A DNA stretch of 64,000 nt from Octopus bimaculoides (GCF_001194135.2 NC_068994.1:34657653-34721652), one strand, 5' to 3'; shown: positions 11,660 to 25,596, numbered from the stretch's first letter. Numbers and translations are program-made. The notes: generated by a model not told the origin, from the sequence alone.

Positions 11660-13433
11660 NNNNNNNNNNNNNNNNNNNNNNNNNNNNNNNNNNNNNNNNN
11701 NNNNNNNNNNNNNNNNNNNNNNNNNNNNNNNNNNNNNNNNNNNNNNNNNNNNNNNNNNNNNNNNNNNNNNNNNNNNNNNNNNNNNNNNNNNNNNNNNNNN
11801 NNNNNNNNNNNNNNNNNNNNNNNNNNNNNNNNNNNNNNNNNNNNNNNNNNNNNNNNNNNNNNNNNCCCTCATCTCCGGTCTACAATCCTCTTAAGCAGCT
11901 ACCCTGCACTCTGATTTCCAGAAGCTAAAATATCCTTTTGGCACATTTTTTGTGATTTGGCTATCATTTCTACCACCATCACTTTTCAAACTGTACTGAG
12001 TGCATTATATGGTTATCCACCCTCTCTAACACCAACCACTTTACAAAATTTACTGGGCGCCTTCTATGGCTATTTGCCCTTTCTACCACCAACCACTTTA
12101 CAAAGGGCACAGCAGGCATTCTTTCATGTTACCAAAACTAGAGAGGTTGTCCCATTTGATGAAGTCTGAAAGCTTTTCTCTACCCAGTTTCTTATTAGTT
12201 CTTATTCACACTTACTATCCTCCTAAGGTAGTTAGACTGCAATATGGCTTCCAGCATCCACATTTCACAGATTACATACCAATTTTTGGCATGGTTCCTA
12301 AGGCTAGATGCCCTCCTTAACACAAACCAGTTCACAAGGTGTAATGAGTGTGTTTTATTGTGCCATTGGCAATCAATTAAAAATATTTAGAATAGCTAGA
12401 ACACACAAAAGATGAATGAATAATGATTAAGAATGAATTACTAATATGATTAAGAAATCATATTACAAATTCAAAAAGAAAATTAGGCAGTTATGTTAAT
12501 ATGACTTTGATGTTACATGTTCTGTTTTTCTTGGTAAAACATTGTAAGCAACTGACATAGAAAAGAACAATTGTTCTCTTTCTTTTTAATTTGGCTCTTT
12601 TAATTTTTCTTTTTCTGTTCATTAGTGAAAAGTATAGGAAAAATATTAAAAATAAAAAGAAAGTATCAATCCCATACTTCTGTCTTAGCCATTGTTTTCT
12701 GAACTTTGCAGCTGCTCTTGCTCTGTGTATACAGATTCTTTAGTTTTTAATAACTTCTTTCTTTGGACTGTTATTAAAAGCAGAAGTTCCATAATTCTAT
12801 TGCAATAAAATAACATTTCATTATCTCAACAAATTAGTTCTTAGGTTTGGTTTAGTAAGTTGGGTTTTTCTTCCATTTGTTTCCTTTCCTTTCCATTTTT
12901 GTTGTTGTTGTTGTTGTTCTCTCTGTTGTATCATATCCTTAGATTTGATTTTATTTGTACAATCTTAACTCATGAGAAAGGCAAAAACACAAGAGAATTG
13001 AATAAAGCTGGCAGGCATCATAAACATTGGCAGATGTACACAGGAGAAGAGAGAAACAACCAGATTGATTTATTTGGACATTTAATGTGAATGTATGATG
13101 GGTGTAAAAAAGTTACCAGTTAGTTTAATGTGATAGAATCAACATAGCACAGGGATAGAACTAAATTGTAAACTAATGAACTATTACAAGGAGTATTACT
13201 AGTTCAAATGTGGAGCAAACTGGTTTATTGTGAAGAGAAGCACACCTTCACATTTGGCTGTATTGTTCATTACTCTATTCAAAACATTAGATTTTTCATC
13301 ACCTTCCATGGCAAACCACATGTGTGGCCCAAACTAGGGCTTGCTTGTATAGCTAAGAGCATTGCTTCATAAACATGTGGTTCTTTATTTGATCTAACTA
13401 CATGTCATGTTAGGAAAGTGGCTTCCCCTATAC

Positions 13434-13623
13434 CCTTGATTTGACTAATAGCTTGTGATTTGAAGTTCATAAATAAATGAATGGTGAAACTGTGAATGGC
13501 TCAGGAACTGGACCTAATCCTCGGGACCGTATTCCTCATCGCGAGGAGAGTGGATAACGGTGGCAATTCTAGAACTAATCCTTGATTTGACTAATAGCTT
13601 GTGATTTGAAGTTCATAAATAAA
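13434..13623. repeat. Identical 44-bp direct repeats flanking a 102-bp insert
   Basis: ccttgatttgactaatagcttgtgatttgaagttcataaataaa at 13434-13477 and 13580-13623. Confidence 0.95.
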
Positions 13624-13863
13624 AATAGTACATATCAGTTGTGTGCATATGTATATGTGTGTGTGAATATGTACACACACATATATTAAGTTGAAGACTG
13701 GAATTTTTGGTATTACATTTAACTCTTTAAATTTGTTTCAACACTACATGTTCATGACCTTTTACTTGAAGAGATGCACACGGTTTACATTGACATGTTG
13801 TAATATCATAAAATTCATTTATATTCATATCAATATTTTGGTAGACAGAAAGTGTAAGAAGAC

Positions 13864-14092
13864 GATGAACTGGCAGAAACGTTAGCACGTCGGGCGAAAT
13901 GCTTAGCGGCATATCGTCTGTCTTTACGTTTTGAGTTCAAATTCCGCCGAAGTCGACTTTGCCTTTCATCCTTTCGGGATCGATTAAAATAAGTACCAGT
14001 TACGCACTGGGGTCGATATAATCAACTTAATCCCTTTGTCTGTCTTTGTTTGTCCCCTCTATGTTTAGCCCCTTGTGGGCAATAAAGAAATA
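13864..14092 (+). mobile_element. SINE family B, young subfamily (tail ...ttgtgggcaataaagaaata)
   Basis: tRNA-like head, B box gagttcaaattcc, central gcctttcatcctttcggg motif, CpGs retained. 17-bp TSD agaaagtgYaagaagac. Confidence 0.9.
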
Positions 14093-14639
14093 AGAAAGTG
14101 CAAGAAGACTGTCACATGATTACATATATGCATGTGAATATGTTTGTGTGTACCCATGTCTTAACATGACATGATGGTTGTAAATGAGCATTATCGTCAC
14201 ACTAGAAATGTTTGTTTCCAGTCTGTCATGGAAAGTATAACTTGTCTTGGAAACAGGTGAGGGTTGCTGACAAGAAGGGTATCTACCCATAGAAAATCTG
14301 CTGTGACAAATTTTGTCTGACCCATCCAAGCATGGAAAAGTGGACATTAAATGATGATGTCAATATTTGTGTGTATGTGTAATGAATAAGCTTCAATGTT
14401 TGCATTCCATGGCGTCACTCCCTGAGCAAAGCTGTATTAATGTTGACAAATCTTGTTGACATGATGATCGCTTGCTCTACACTTTCCAAGAATTGTGGAA
14501 TAAAGAAATCCCGTTCTTGAAGAAATATGATGAAAATCTAACCATAAACCTGTCACTAATAACTCCTTGTTCAAACCCATGAAGACGTGGAAAAATGGAT
14601 GTTGAATAAATGTATGAAATTCCATCTTATTTCCATCAA

Positions 14640-15100
14640 ACCATCTTCTCCTCCCACTATTTTGGGAAGGTTTCATGGACTCAGAGAACTCGGCACCTTC
14701 TTCATAGGGCCCTATCAGAAGCAACTATCATGAGACTTCCAACTAGATTCCCAAGCATGACCAACAGAGATGATGAATGTTGTCTAACTATCTCATCTTC
14801 AGTTTACCTTTAGGTCTCCTGCCAGCTTGCATGGCTTGAAGAATTTGTCTTGCAATTCTTTCCTGTAACATTTTAATCACAAGTCTGTAGTACTGGAACT
14901 GTGACCTCTCAATGCAGAGAAATAGTGGATCAACCTGGAGAGACTTCCTCTTCTCCGAGTTAGGCATCCAGTTGAGTAAAGTTACTCCGGGGCCTCTTCA
15001 GAGGAATCTGATTCTGGCTGCTTGCATGCATTTATGATTGTACTCTTTTAAATGACGGAGCAGAGTGTTTCTGGTCTCCTTTCATCCATCTGCTTACATT
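14640..15100 (-). mobile_element. RTE LINE 3' coding remnant
   Basis: Minus strand: QAARIRFL..GVTLL..NSEKRKSLQVDPLFLCIERSQ...ERIARQILQAMQAGRRPKGK..LDNIHHLCWSCLGI. Confidence 0.75.
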
Positions 15101-16468
15101 AACAAAGGAGTAGTTATGAAGATATAGTTAAGACTAACCCAAGGATATTCAGCAACTAGAGATAAGATGATATAAGATTAAGATGCTTTCAAACATCACA
15201 AATTGCAGATTATAGTGAATGGATGCAAACAGGAAACACCACAGTTAAAAATGACAGCTCTGAAAATGATGACAGTTAATAAGATAATAACAGTAATGAT
15301 GATGATGATGATTATACTCATCATTGTCATTGTTACAATGATGAAATTTTAAAATTCAAACAATTCAAGTTTTGTAAAATATTAATTAACCAACATCATG
15401 AAGAGTGTATGGTAACAACAATGAGTAGGAAATCTGTGACAAGCTTAGAATCACAAAAGACTGAAATCCTTACTCTATGTATGTAGACACACACCCATAC
15501 ACACCTATACCCAGATACACACATAAATGTGTGGTTAGTAAACTATCTTCATATGGATGTTTGTCTCTCTCTTTTTCTCTATATGTACCGACGTATCTCC
15601 CTCTCTCCCTCTCTCTCTCTCTTAATATATACATGTGTGTTTATTCACACACACAAACACACCATCAGTTTCATATACACTCCACTTCAAATTCTGCCAC
15701 ACTCGACTTAACCGTTCATCTCAATAACGTCTTTAGTAGTAACCAGTAGCTATTTATCACACCAATTATATCATGTTAAGCTGTTCGCCATTATTGAAAA
15801 TTGAAAACATCTTACGACTCTTAATGGATGCTGGGTCACTCTTGAAGACTATTTCTTTAAATAGGGTATGTGATGGTCAAGTCAGCTTGATGGAGTCCAT
15901 TACTTTCTCAAAGCCAGTTGCTATAATGTTTGGTGTAATAGTTGTTGTTGTTTAGACCCAGGTCATTTCCACTCATGCAAACCAATGATGAAAGACATTC
16001 TGCCTGTGACTAACTCACCTTTTCATTCAGATTATTTCAGTCTACATAATCCAATATGTTCTTCCATTATTTATTTTCCTTAAATGAATAGAGTGATTTG
16101 ACAGAAATGATGTTGTTATAATGAAGGTATGAACGCCATCACACCACATCACTTTCTGACGTCCAGTAACACATAGAATTAGATTATTCTAATGTGTCCT
16201 CTTTTTCTTTTCCTGACAAAGTAAGGTGGAATTTCAGAGAGATTAACTAGCTATTTCTAGTTGACTGGGCAACTATGTAAATGTCCTATCATTGGTTAGA
16301 TACGAAGTAGTGATCAGGGTGTAGCTGTAGTATGGAAGGAGACATAGTTGGCAGTGAGAACAGAGATGAAAGCCTAATATTTGGATAGAGATGACTCAGT
16401 AATGGTGGTGGGGTGGGGCAGCAGCGGCGGTTGTGTGTGTGTGTGTGTGTGTGTGTAAATATATGATG

Positions 16469-16736
16469 GACTCTGCCATCGAAGATGACATACGAGTGTT
16501 CAGTCTTTACCGAATGACCTGCACAAATGTGTGTACTGTACATTAGCTCACTCCCTCCATCAAATCAACACTGTCCGAACAGGTGCACAGTGTACCACAC
16601 TTCAGGGTTCGAAGTGATTACAGAGCAATGTCAAACTAATTGTTTTGCTCAAGAACAGAATTTACCACTTGGTCTAGGAATTGAAACCATGATCTCACAA
16701 CCATGAGTGCAACACCCTAACTACTAGGCCGTGTGC

Positions 16737-16738
<2 letters not shown>
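16469..16738 (-). mobile_element. SINE family C
   Basis: Reverse-complement homologue of 3581-3820. Confidence 0.75.
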
Positions 16739-16792
<54 letters not shown>

Positions 16793-17232
16793 TGTGCTTA
16801 GACATTGCATGACTAATAACACTTGGTGTAGACCTCAATATACATAGTTTCAGATCGAAATATTAGTCGAGTATAGAGTAGTAATAAGAAAATGAAATGA
16901 CAAAAGAATAGAAGATTATCTTATAAACTTCATTGGCTTACAGCTGTTTCTGCTATAAGATGCAGTGCATTCCAGTTCATAAGATAATCATTTACTCCTT
17001 TGTCATCTTATTTTTTTATACATCTGTTTTGTTATACTTGGGGATGGTCATCTTTTGCCAATTAAACTAGTGAACTATTTATTTGATCTTCACTTTAGTT
17101 TTATTCCATTGTGTCCTTCTGTGGTATTTAGCTTTATCTGCACATAGTATAACAATATCTGTTTCAATACGATTTCACATCAAGAACCTTGCAAAACAAA
17201 TGCATAAATATACACACACACACACACATATA

Positions 17233-17566
17233 TTTACTCTTTTACTCTTTTACTTGCTTCAGTCATTTGACTGCGGCCATGCTGGAGCACCGCCTTTAGC
17301 TGAGCAAATCGACCCAGGACTTATTCTTTGTAAGCCTAGTACTTATTCTATCGGTCACTTTTGCTGAACTGCTAAGTTACGGGAATGTAAACACACTACC
17401 ATCGGTTGTCAAGCAATGATGGGGGGACAAACACAGACACACACACACACACACACACATATATGTATATATATACGACGGGCTTCTTTCAGTTTCCGTC
17501 TACCAAATCCACTCACAAGGCTTTGGTCAGCCAGAGGCTATAGTAGAAGACACTTGCCCAAGGTGC
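17233..17566 (-). mobile_element. SINE family A, 5'-truncated
   Basis: Tail 1 with (tttactc)n end, plus part of the head. Confidence 0.8.
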
Positions 17567-18329
17567 TAAGTGGAGAGAGTATGTCTTCTCTATCTCTGTC
17601 TCTCCCTCTCTCTCTATCTCTTTCTCCCTCCCTCTAGCTCCAGCTGGAGAAACCAAGTATTCACATCTTCATCTTCAACAAGACAACTGTTCCTGTCCCT
17701 CTATCATATTTTCATATTCCTCAATTTATACCCAACACAGTTGAGTGGAGTGGGCGGGGGTCTACCACACCTGACAGAAGGCTCAGCAGTATTTATTCCA
17801 GTTCTTTACATTCAGAGTTCAAATCCTATCAAGGTCAGCTTTGCCTTTCATCCCTTCAGAGTCAATAAAGTAAAATACTAGCTAAGTAAAGGGGTCAATG
17901 TACTCAACATGTTTCTTCCCCTCAGAACTTTTGGCCTTGAACCCAGCAACGGATCAGCATCCCACTCGAAGGGAATGTTATGATCTCACTTGCTTACATG
18001 CCATGAAAACCAGGTAGCTGACTTAACAAGTCCTGGGGCTTATGAAAAATAAATGGATGAACACACAGGTGTTCTCTCGTTAGCTCATAAGGATGGGATG
18101 TCCATTTGTGATGGAGAGATGAAAGATACACAAACTATAAGAATACATATATCCCAGTACATTCCAACATCAAATCCTGCCTAGGCTAAATAATTTGTTT
18201 TTATCATTCCAGTTTCAATAAAATAATACTAGATACCAGTCATGCAATTGGGTCTGATTCAGTCAACGAAATCTCCTCAAAGGCCCCTAAACAGTTTTTA
18301 TGACCTTGCTTAGTCCCTATGAGAAATCA

Positions 18330-18695
18330 ATAGTATGGATGATGATGATGGTGATGATGGTTGCCATTATTATGATTATGGTGGTTATGATTTCGTATTT
18401 ATTGTTGCCACTTATTAAGGATGATACTGATGATGATAATGATGATGTTCATGATGATGACGATGAAGAGTTGTTGTTGTTGTAGTAGTAGTTGTTGTTG
18501 TTGTAGTAGTAGTTGTTGTTGCAGAGAACAATGTCTGTGGCAGAGATGGAGGCAATAATGGTGGATAGGAAAGCGGTAGTCATGGAAACCATAGACAGGC
18601 AGTGGGCAATTATGCTGCAGCATTCAATGAGAACGAAGTGGAGAATGGTAGAGGTTACTGCCTATTGATGGCTGTGCCAGTGATAATGATGACGG

Positions 18696-18726
<31 letters not shown>

Positions 18727-19003
18727 GATGCTAGCAGTGGCTGCGTTGGTGGTAGTGGTGATGTTGCTAGTGTTAGTGATGGTGGTGGTAAATGATGATG
18801 TTGTTAGTGTTATATGGTGGCAGAAGTGATAGTGGCGGTGATGCTGGTGGTTGGTAGAGGTGATAGTGGCATTATTGTTGTTGTTGGTGGTGGTAGTAGT
18901 GGTGGTGGTGGTGTTATTATTGTCACCATTCAGCCTCTATTAAGTTATCTCTCATCAAGTCAAACTTCTTATGCTGTAAGATGTTCCAAACAATCCCACC
19001 ATA

Positions 19004-19064
<61 letters not shown>

Positions 19065-21110
19065 CTACATTAATCTACTTCCTTTCATTCTTAGAATGTG
19101 GTTTGAGGGTGATCTAACTGCTATTTCTTGTAGATAAATGTTATCTCTGTTAGTTGTAATGTGATGGTTAAAGTAGTGGTCTCAATACCATCATTATCAT
19201 CACAACTATCACCACCACTACCACCACCACCAGCGGTAAGTACTGACTATTGTAGTGGTAATAGTTTAAGTGGTAGTTGCAATTACAGTGATAGTAGTAG
19301 CTAAAGTTGTTTAGCCCTAGGTCAACACTGATCAAGCAGAGTTATTATCAAAAGCATTCTAATAGTGACCATCCTATTTCCATAGATCTACCTAGATGTG
19401 TTCTTTATATTTCAAAAGATATTTGAGCCTGACTTGAGGGAGATTTTGGTTGCTATTTCGCTCCAATATTGACTCCCTCATTGGGTGGTGACATAAGGGG
19501 TAGAATTATGAGTAGAATTAGAGGTGATTTCTAAAAAAATAACACTGGGATTATATTGGGCAGTGGGTAGCAGGTTGCAGTGAAAGACGATAAGGAAGGT
19601 GCAGCTATAGCATAGAGGCAAATTTTCTACTGCACTCGAAAGGAAAGGCCAAGATGTGATGGTGTGGTGGCATAAGGTAAACAAGGATGTGTGTAAGAAT
19701 GGTGAGGTGGGTGGTGATGAAGAGGGGTGAGGGGGTGATATAATACAAGGTAAACAGCCTTGAGCTGGGTGGTGGTAGTGGTGGTGGTGGAAGTAACACT
19801 AGAAGTGAAGGTAGTACCAGTGAAGGTGGTACCAGTGAAGGTAGTGGAAATGATGGTGAATTCAGTGGTGGTGGTGGTGGTGGTGATGTTGGTAGTGACA
19901 GTACTTGATGGTGGTGGTGATAGTACTGATGGCGGTGCTGGAAGTGATGCTGGGAGTGGTGGTGGAGGCTGTGGTGGTGTTGATAGCTATGTTGTTGGTG
20001 GTGGTGGTGGTGATACAGATGCTGGTAGTGACAGTACTAATGATGATGGCAGTGGTGGTGATGGTGGTGATGGTTGTGATGTAAGTGGTGCTGGGAGTGG
20101 TGGTGGCGGTGGTGGAGAACATGAAGTGGTGGTAGGGAAGGAACTAGGGTGAGGAGAGATGATTTGTAAAGTGGTGTGGATGAGATGAGAGATTATATAG
20201 ACTTAAGTTGTTGAAGGCAATGATGATGATGATGACGGAGATGGAGATGGCGGTGGTGGTGGAGGTGGTGGCGATGTTGGCGGTGATGTTGATGTGGTGG
20301 CAATGGTGGTGGTAGTGGTGTGTTGACGGCTGTGGTAACATTTGAGGTAGGGGTGATAGTGTTTGTGGTTGTTACTTCTTGTGGATATCGATGTGGGAGG
20401 TGTTGGGGCAGTACACATGTAGTGGTCACAGTGGTGGTGGTGGTGGTGAATGTCAGTGGTGAGGGTGGCATCAGTTGTGGCAGTAATAGTAACAGTGGTG
20501 GTGACAATGATAAAATATCTGTAGTGGTGGGTGCAGCTGTGGTGGCGGTGGTGGTGGTAGTAGTAGTGATGGTGGTGATAGTAGTAGTAGTAGTAGTGGT
20601 AGTAATGACAGTAGTAGTAGCAGTAGCAATTATAGTAATAGTAGTAGTAGTGATGGTGGTAGTAGTAGTAGTGATAGTAGTAGTTGTAGCAGTTGTGGTT
20701 GTAGTAACAGTATTAAGTGATATTGGTGGTGATAGCGGTGGTAGTTTAATAGTAGTGTTGTTGTTTTGATGCTGGTAATAGTAGTGGTGGTGGTGGTGGT
20801 GGTGGTGATGGTGCCACCAGCGGAGGCAGCAGCAGTATTGATGGTAGTGGCAATCATAGTATGGAGGGAAAGGTTGAGGAAAGAAGACAAAAACACACAC
20901 ACACACACACACACTTTGTAGTTGCATTGACGGTGCTGGCAACAGCGGCAAAACAGCAATGATGGTGGTGGTGGTGGTGGTGGTGGTGGTGGTGGTAGTG
21001 ATGGCATTAGTAGTAGTGGGAGTGACAGTAGCATTGTATGGCTGTGGCGGTGGTAGTCGTCGTGGCAACAGCACTGCTGCTGCTGCTGCTGCTGCAGTTG
21101 ACCGTGAGAA
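18330..21110. repeat. ~2.8-kb cryptic trinucleotide low-complexity domain ((GAT)/(GGT)/(GTA)n), G/T-rich on the + strand
   Basis: Directly visible. Similar blocks at 27990-28200, 28890-29400, 33540-33720, 46580-47430 and 48260-48660. Confidence 0.9.
19305..19480 (-). mobile_element. SINE-like family F (homologues at ~15940-16010, 24200-24420, 39470-39665, 47440-47640, 50780-50995)
   Basis: Recurrent gttgtttagcccNaggtca...accatcc...gagggagatttggNtgctatttc blocks. Confidence 0.6.
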
Positions 21111-21210
21111 TATACTGACAGCATTGAAGAAAATTTTACAGTAGGATTGCACCAAAATATCGCTCCATCTTCCGCTATTGATTATTTTCCATGTTACTCT
21201 CCCTCTCCCC

Positions 21211-21242
<32 letters not shown>

Positions 21243-21595
21243 GACCTTCTCTCTCACTTTCACTCTCGCTGACTTTCTCTCCTTTCCTCTCGCTTTTTCT
21301 CCCCCCCTCTCTCTCTGTCTTCTTTCACATTCGCAGGCAGTATCATAAATAACTCTGGTCTTTTCCCATGAATTAAAGCTGAAACTTACAGAAAATGCAC
21401 CATCATGCTGTGTTGTGTAATGTGCATGCTTGCATGTAGGTAGGTAGGTGTATGAGTACGAGTATGTCTTTTTTAAATACATCATTCTGATCTGTACATG
21501 TACAAATACATGATGCTGTAGTGAAAGATGTTAATTGTACACATATATATCACTATGTATATACATCACTATATATATATGTATATATCTATCTA

Positions 21596-21678
<83 letters not shown>

Positions 21679-22389
21679 ATGTATGTAACTGAAATACACG
21701 TATAGACACATTGTACAAGCACATCTACACACATATATACAGGCATGTTTGTGCATGTATAATAGATCAAGTAAGTTACAAATACCAAAGTTAAGAGCAC
21801 TGAATGTAACTGATTATAGAGTTAAATTATATGCGTTTTCTTTTCGTTTTTTTTTTCTTCTTTTTTTGCATTTATAATAATCTTGTTGATTCATTGCAAC
21901 TATAGTTTCAAAATACTCGACTGCAAAAGACCAAACATCAATCATCAGACATTGAATGACATGCAAATGTTTGTATCACATCTACTAAAGTAGGTACATC
22001 AGAGTAAAAGGGGAAGTGAGTTGACTACACATTTGACTGATGTATTCAAAGTACCCAGGGAAAAATAAAAATCCATGCAACTATTTATGTTCACTGCTTC
22101 TTGTCAAAAGAACAAATTTGTTAAATTAGCTGAAGCAGTTAAATCACTTGTAAAATGGATTTGTTAAAACATAATGAAAGAATTATGAATGAGGTTTAGA
22201 CTAAAAAATATAACAGTAGAACTCTATTGTTACCAAAAACAAGCATAAAAGAAGTAGATAGTGTTTAGTTAGAGCTTAGTAGGAAGATGAACCGATAAAG
22301 TTCTCAGAAGGTCAAAGGGATACAGTGCAAGAGGATATCATATATCTCAAACATGTCATTAATCCAATCATCACCTCACATCTATATAA

Positions 22390-23620
22390 ACATGGTATTT
22401 AATTCCGGTGGCAGTGACAACTTATTTAAATGCTCACATTTACAGAATATTTCAGATTTAGTATTTAAATATATCCTTAGCAGTAGCATATTTTTTAGTA
22501 TCAGCCTTGTCCTCACTGTGCATTGGCTGCCGATATTTTCATAGGACCTTGCTCTTTCAATAATCTTTCAATTGGTGTTATAGTCAACAGGATTTTCTTT
22601 TAAAGATGAAATGTAACGCAAGTACTTTTCTGCATTTCTCTTACCAATGTTTTTGGAAGAAGACTCATGATGCCAAAATCTTGACTTGAACTTCCCTTCT
22701 ATCATATCAATATAATGTTTTAGGGTAATGGCTAGGTTTGAATCTGTTAAACTCTACTTTATTTATGATGGCTTCTGTATTCTAGATTCCATTCAGTGGG
22801 CATGTACTGATGTTTTTACATGAGCAACTAACCTCAGAATATGTAGTATGGTTATGTAATATTATTTCTTTCATATTAGCAAGGCAGTTAAAACTCACTT
22901 TAGACTGTATTTGTAGAAGAAAAGTGCTTATTGTTAAAACTTATGAAGGTTTCCTTTTGCTCTGTTTGACTTAACATTTACCAAGTAGATGCACATAAAC
23001 CAAATAATAAAATGCTCTCCATTTTTTTTTCTTTCTTGAGTCAAAGATTCAAGGTACAGCAAACCTTATCCTTGTGCCTACTCACTTATAAAGTAGTATT
23101 ATAGTAACATTTTTTCCCATTCAAAGATCTCTTTACTGGAGGATGGCTTTGACAACTGTCTACCTATGTTACTGTCCAGGCTCTTGAATACTATAGATAG
23201 ATGGCATGAAACTATGTTTATATAAGTCAGATTTTTCATTAGGTTTATAAACGGTTTGTATGAGCTTGTGTTTAAATCTAATGACACTCAAGAAATTGAC
23301 TGTGGTTAAGTTTGTCTCTATTATGATTTCAAAGCTGAAGAAACTGAATGTATGGATAGTATCTTTCTTTAATGCATCCAGCATATACCCATTACACAGT
23401 ACACCGTGTAATGTAAATGCAAATGTGTAAATAAATTTATCTTATGTAACTGGATCCAACTGACTTGAATCAGATACTATGTTTAAACAAGTGTGAGGCA
23501 ATAAGAGCAGTGATGTAGAGTTTTTGAATGTGAGCATATCCTCATATGTCACTTCCTTTGAACCTTAGAGAAAACTTGCTGATTTAGCCTTCTATTAAGC
23601 TCTAATACCATTTCATTCCC
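22390..23620 (-). mobile_element. Penelope-like retroelement fragment (RT C-terminal part plus GIY-YIG endonuclease), decayed
   Basis: RT-like IETNLTTVNFL / LDLNTSSYKPF / YINIVSCH..IGRQLSKPSSSKEIF. Then CSCKNISTCPLNG and HYIDMIEGKFKSRFWHHESS...KIIERARSY (GIY-YIG region). Frameshifted. Confidence 0.85.
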
Positions 23621-25467
23621 ATTTTCTTTTTGCTCTTACAACTACATAACTATATAATTATAATCTTATTCCTAATTCTTTCACTTGAACTCAATAGATT
23701 CCTTTCACGAGTGATTTAACACTTTTAGCCAATTTATCATGAATCTCCCTTTGACCATAAGCTGTGAACTTAGCTGACTGAATGAGTCTTTCTCAAAAGT
23801 ACTTTGAATGCACCAAAAGGACACATACAGAACATCCAGCCTGTGTTCAATGATACATAGCTTTTTTTTTGATGTGGTACAGATGTTGCATATCATTCCT
23901 TGTCAAATGATTGATGTTCAGACTTAAAGTCTGAAACTCATAGTAACAAATTATAATATTTTACATTTATAATAACAAGGGTGTTACAAAGAAATGTATG
24001 TATATGTACATGTCTGTGAAATTATCATCAGAGACTAATTTATCAATTATTTGCTTTTGACTATAATATATAAACTTAATTGGTAAAATGGATTTTTCTC
24101 AGAGTACCAAATGGAATTCACCACATGGAAGTGAATAGAATGTCCTCCTTCTGTTTGTGTGTACATAATTCCACTAAGTCCAACTTAAGATACAAGGGAA
24201 CCTTTTATGCAGTTATGCTAGAAATAGCCCCCAAATCTCCCTGAAATGATACTTCATAGCATTTCTAAAAGAGCACATTTTGGATAATGTATTCCAGAGA
24301 ACACAATATCATAAAAAAAAAGAAAGAAAAATTATTGGGTGGTTATGTCTGGAACAACAGTAACCCAGAGGTCTTATTCCTCAGGACCTACCTGGACTAA
24401 ACAATAACATCAACAAAACTAGCCAAAAACTTCCACTTGAACATTGTTATATCTTATAGCATGTGTTCATTCTGAGAAGTCACTGTGCTGACTCAATGAT
24501 TTTGTTTGTTAGATGAAATGTCATCTCTTGAATATTGTTGAATGTTTCATTGTTTACCTGTACTTGTGTTGCTGTCATTGTTATTGCTTTGTATTTTGCA
24601 TAAGTGGTGGTAGTGGTGGTGATAGTAGTAAAAGGAAATTTCAATTCAAGGATTTTGTTTAGAAAAAATTCTTGTGCTGCATACATATTTTGATTCAAAA
24701 TTTCTTTAAAAATAAAAACAAGATGTTTCCTGTAAATTGAACTTAGTGAATCAGAGGTTGAAAGGAAGTCTGTATCTGAAATTTGAACTTAAAATTTGGT
24801 AAAAATAAAAGAATGAAAAAGGAAATATTATAGATTCAAATTTGAATTACAATCCTATATTTTTTTTTTCTTCTCTTTCTCTTACCAATGTTTTCACAAT
24901 TTAATTATTCCCAAAACTCATTCAATTTCCTTTCATGAAAATGTAGTTTTTTTTACTTTTTGTTTCTCATGAATTTGAATCTTCAAACTGAATATTTCAT
25001 ATAATATATGTGTGTGTATATGTATGTATGTATTGTGTGTGTGTGTGTGTGTGCACGCGTATGGGTAGATAAATGGATAGAATCTGCCAGTTTTTGGTGA
25101 TAAGATGAGGATTCGGTTATTCTGTTTACAAAATTACAAGCTTATTGAATTAGTATATAAATGGCTGTGTATTCCTTGGGCATCTGTACTTTTAACGTAA
25201 TTCTCAGGTAGATTCAAGATGACATAGAATGATGCAGGCTGTGTACCCATGGAAGAGAGGTACAATCCATCTGTAGAGGTTCTATAGAATTTTTGTTCAC
25301 CTACTTTCACTCACCAGGTATAAGTCTACTCAGGGCTATAAAAACTAGCATATGCCCAAAATACCATGCAATGGGGTCAAAACTGGGGCATGGTAACAAA
25401 TCAAATTTCTAGGTGCCATGCAGTGGGACTGAATCCAGAACCATGTGGTTGGGAGGCAAGCTTCTTA

Positions 25468-25521
<54 letters not shown>

Positions 25522-25596
25522 CACCCCTTACACGGGACCTTCTACAGTTAATACATTTCAAAATATTTAGAAATATTGTCATCATCATCCTTAATG

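Noticed and set aside
16915-16990. 15-bp inverted repeat enclosing GAAACAGCUGUA on the minus strand (hammerhead-like half)
   Set aside because: No CUGANGA box, and stem I cannot form at the cleavage site.
20193-21485. 430-aa minus-strand ORF and overlapping long ORFs
   Set aside because: Translations of trinucleotide and (GA)n repeats; stop-free only because of composition, with no domain.
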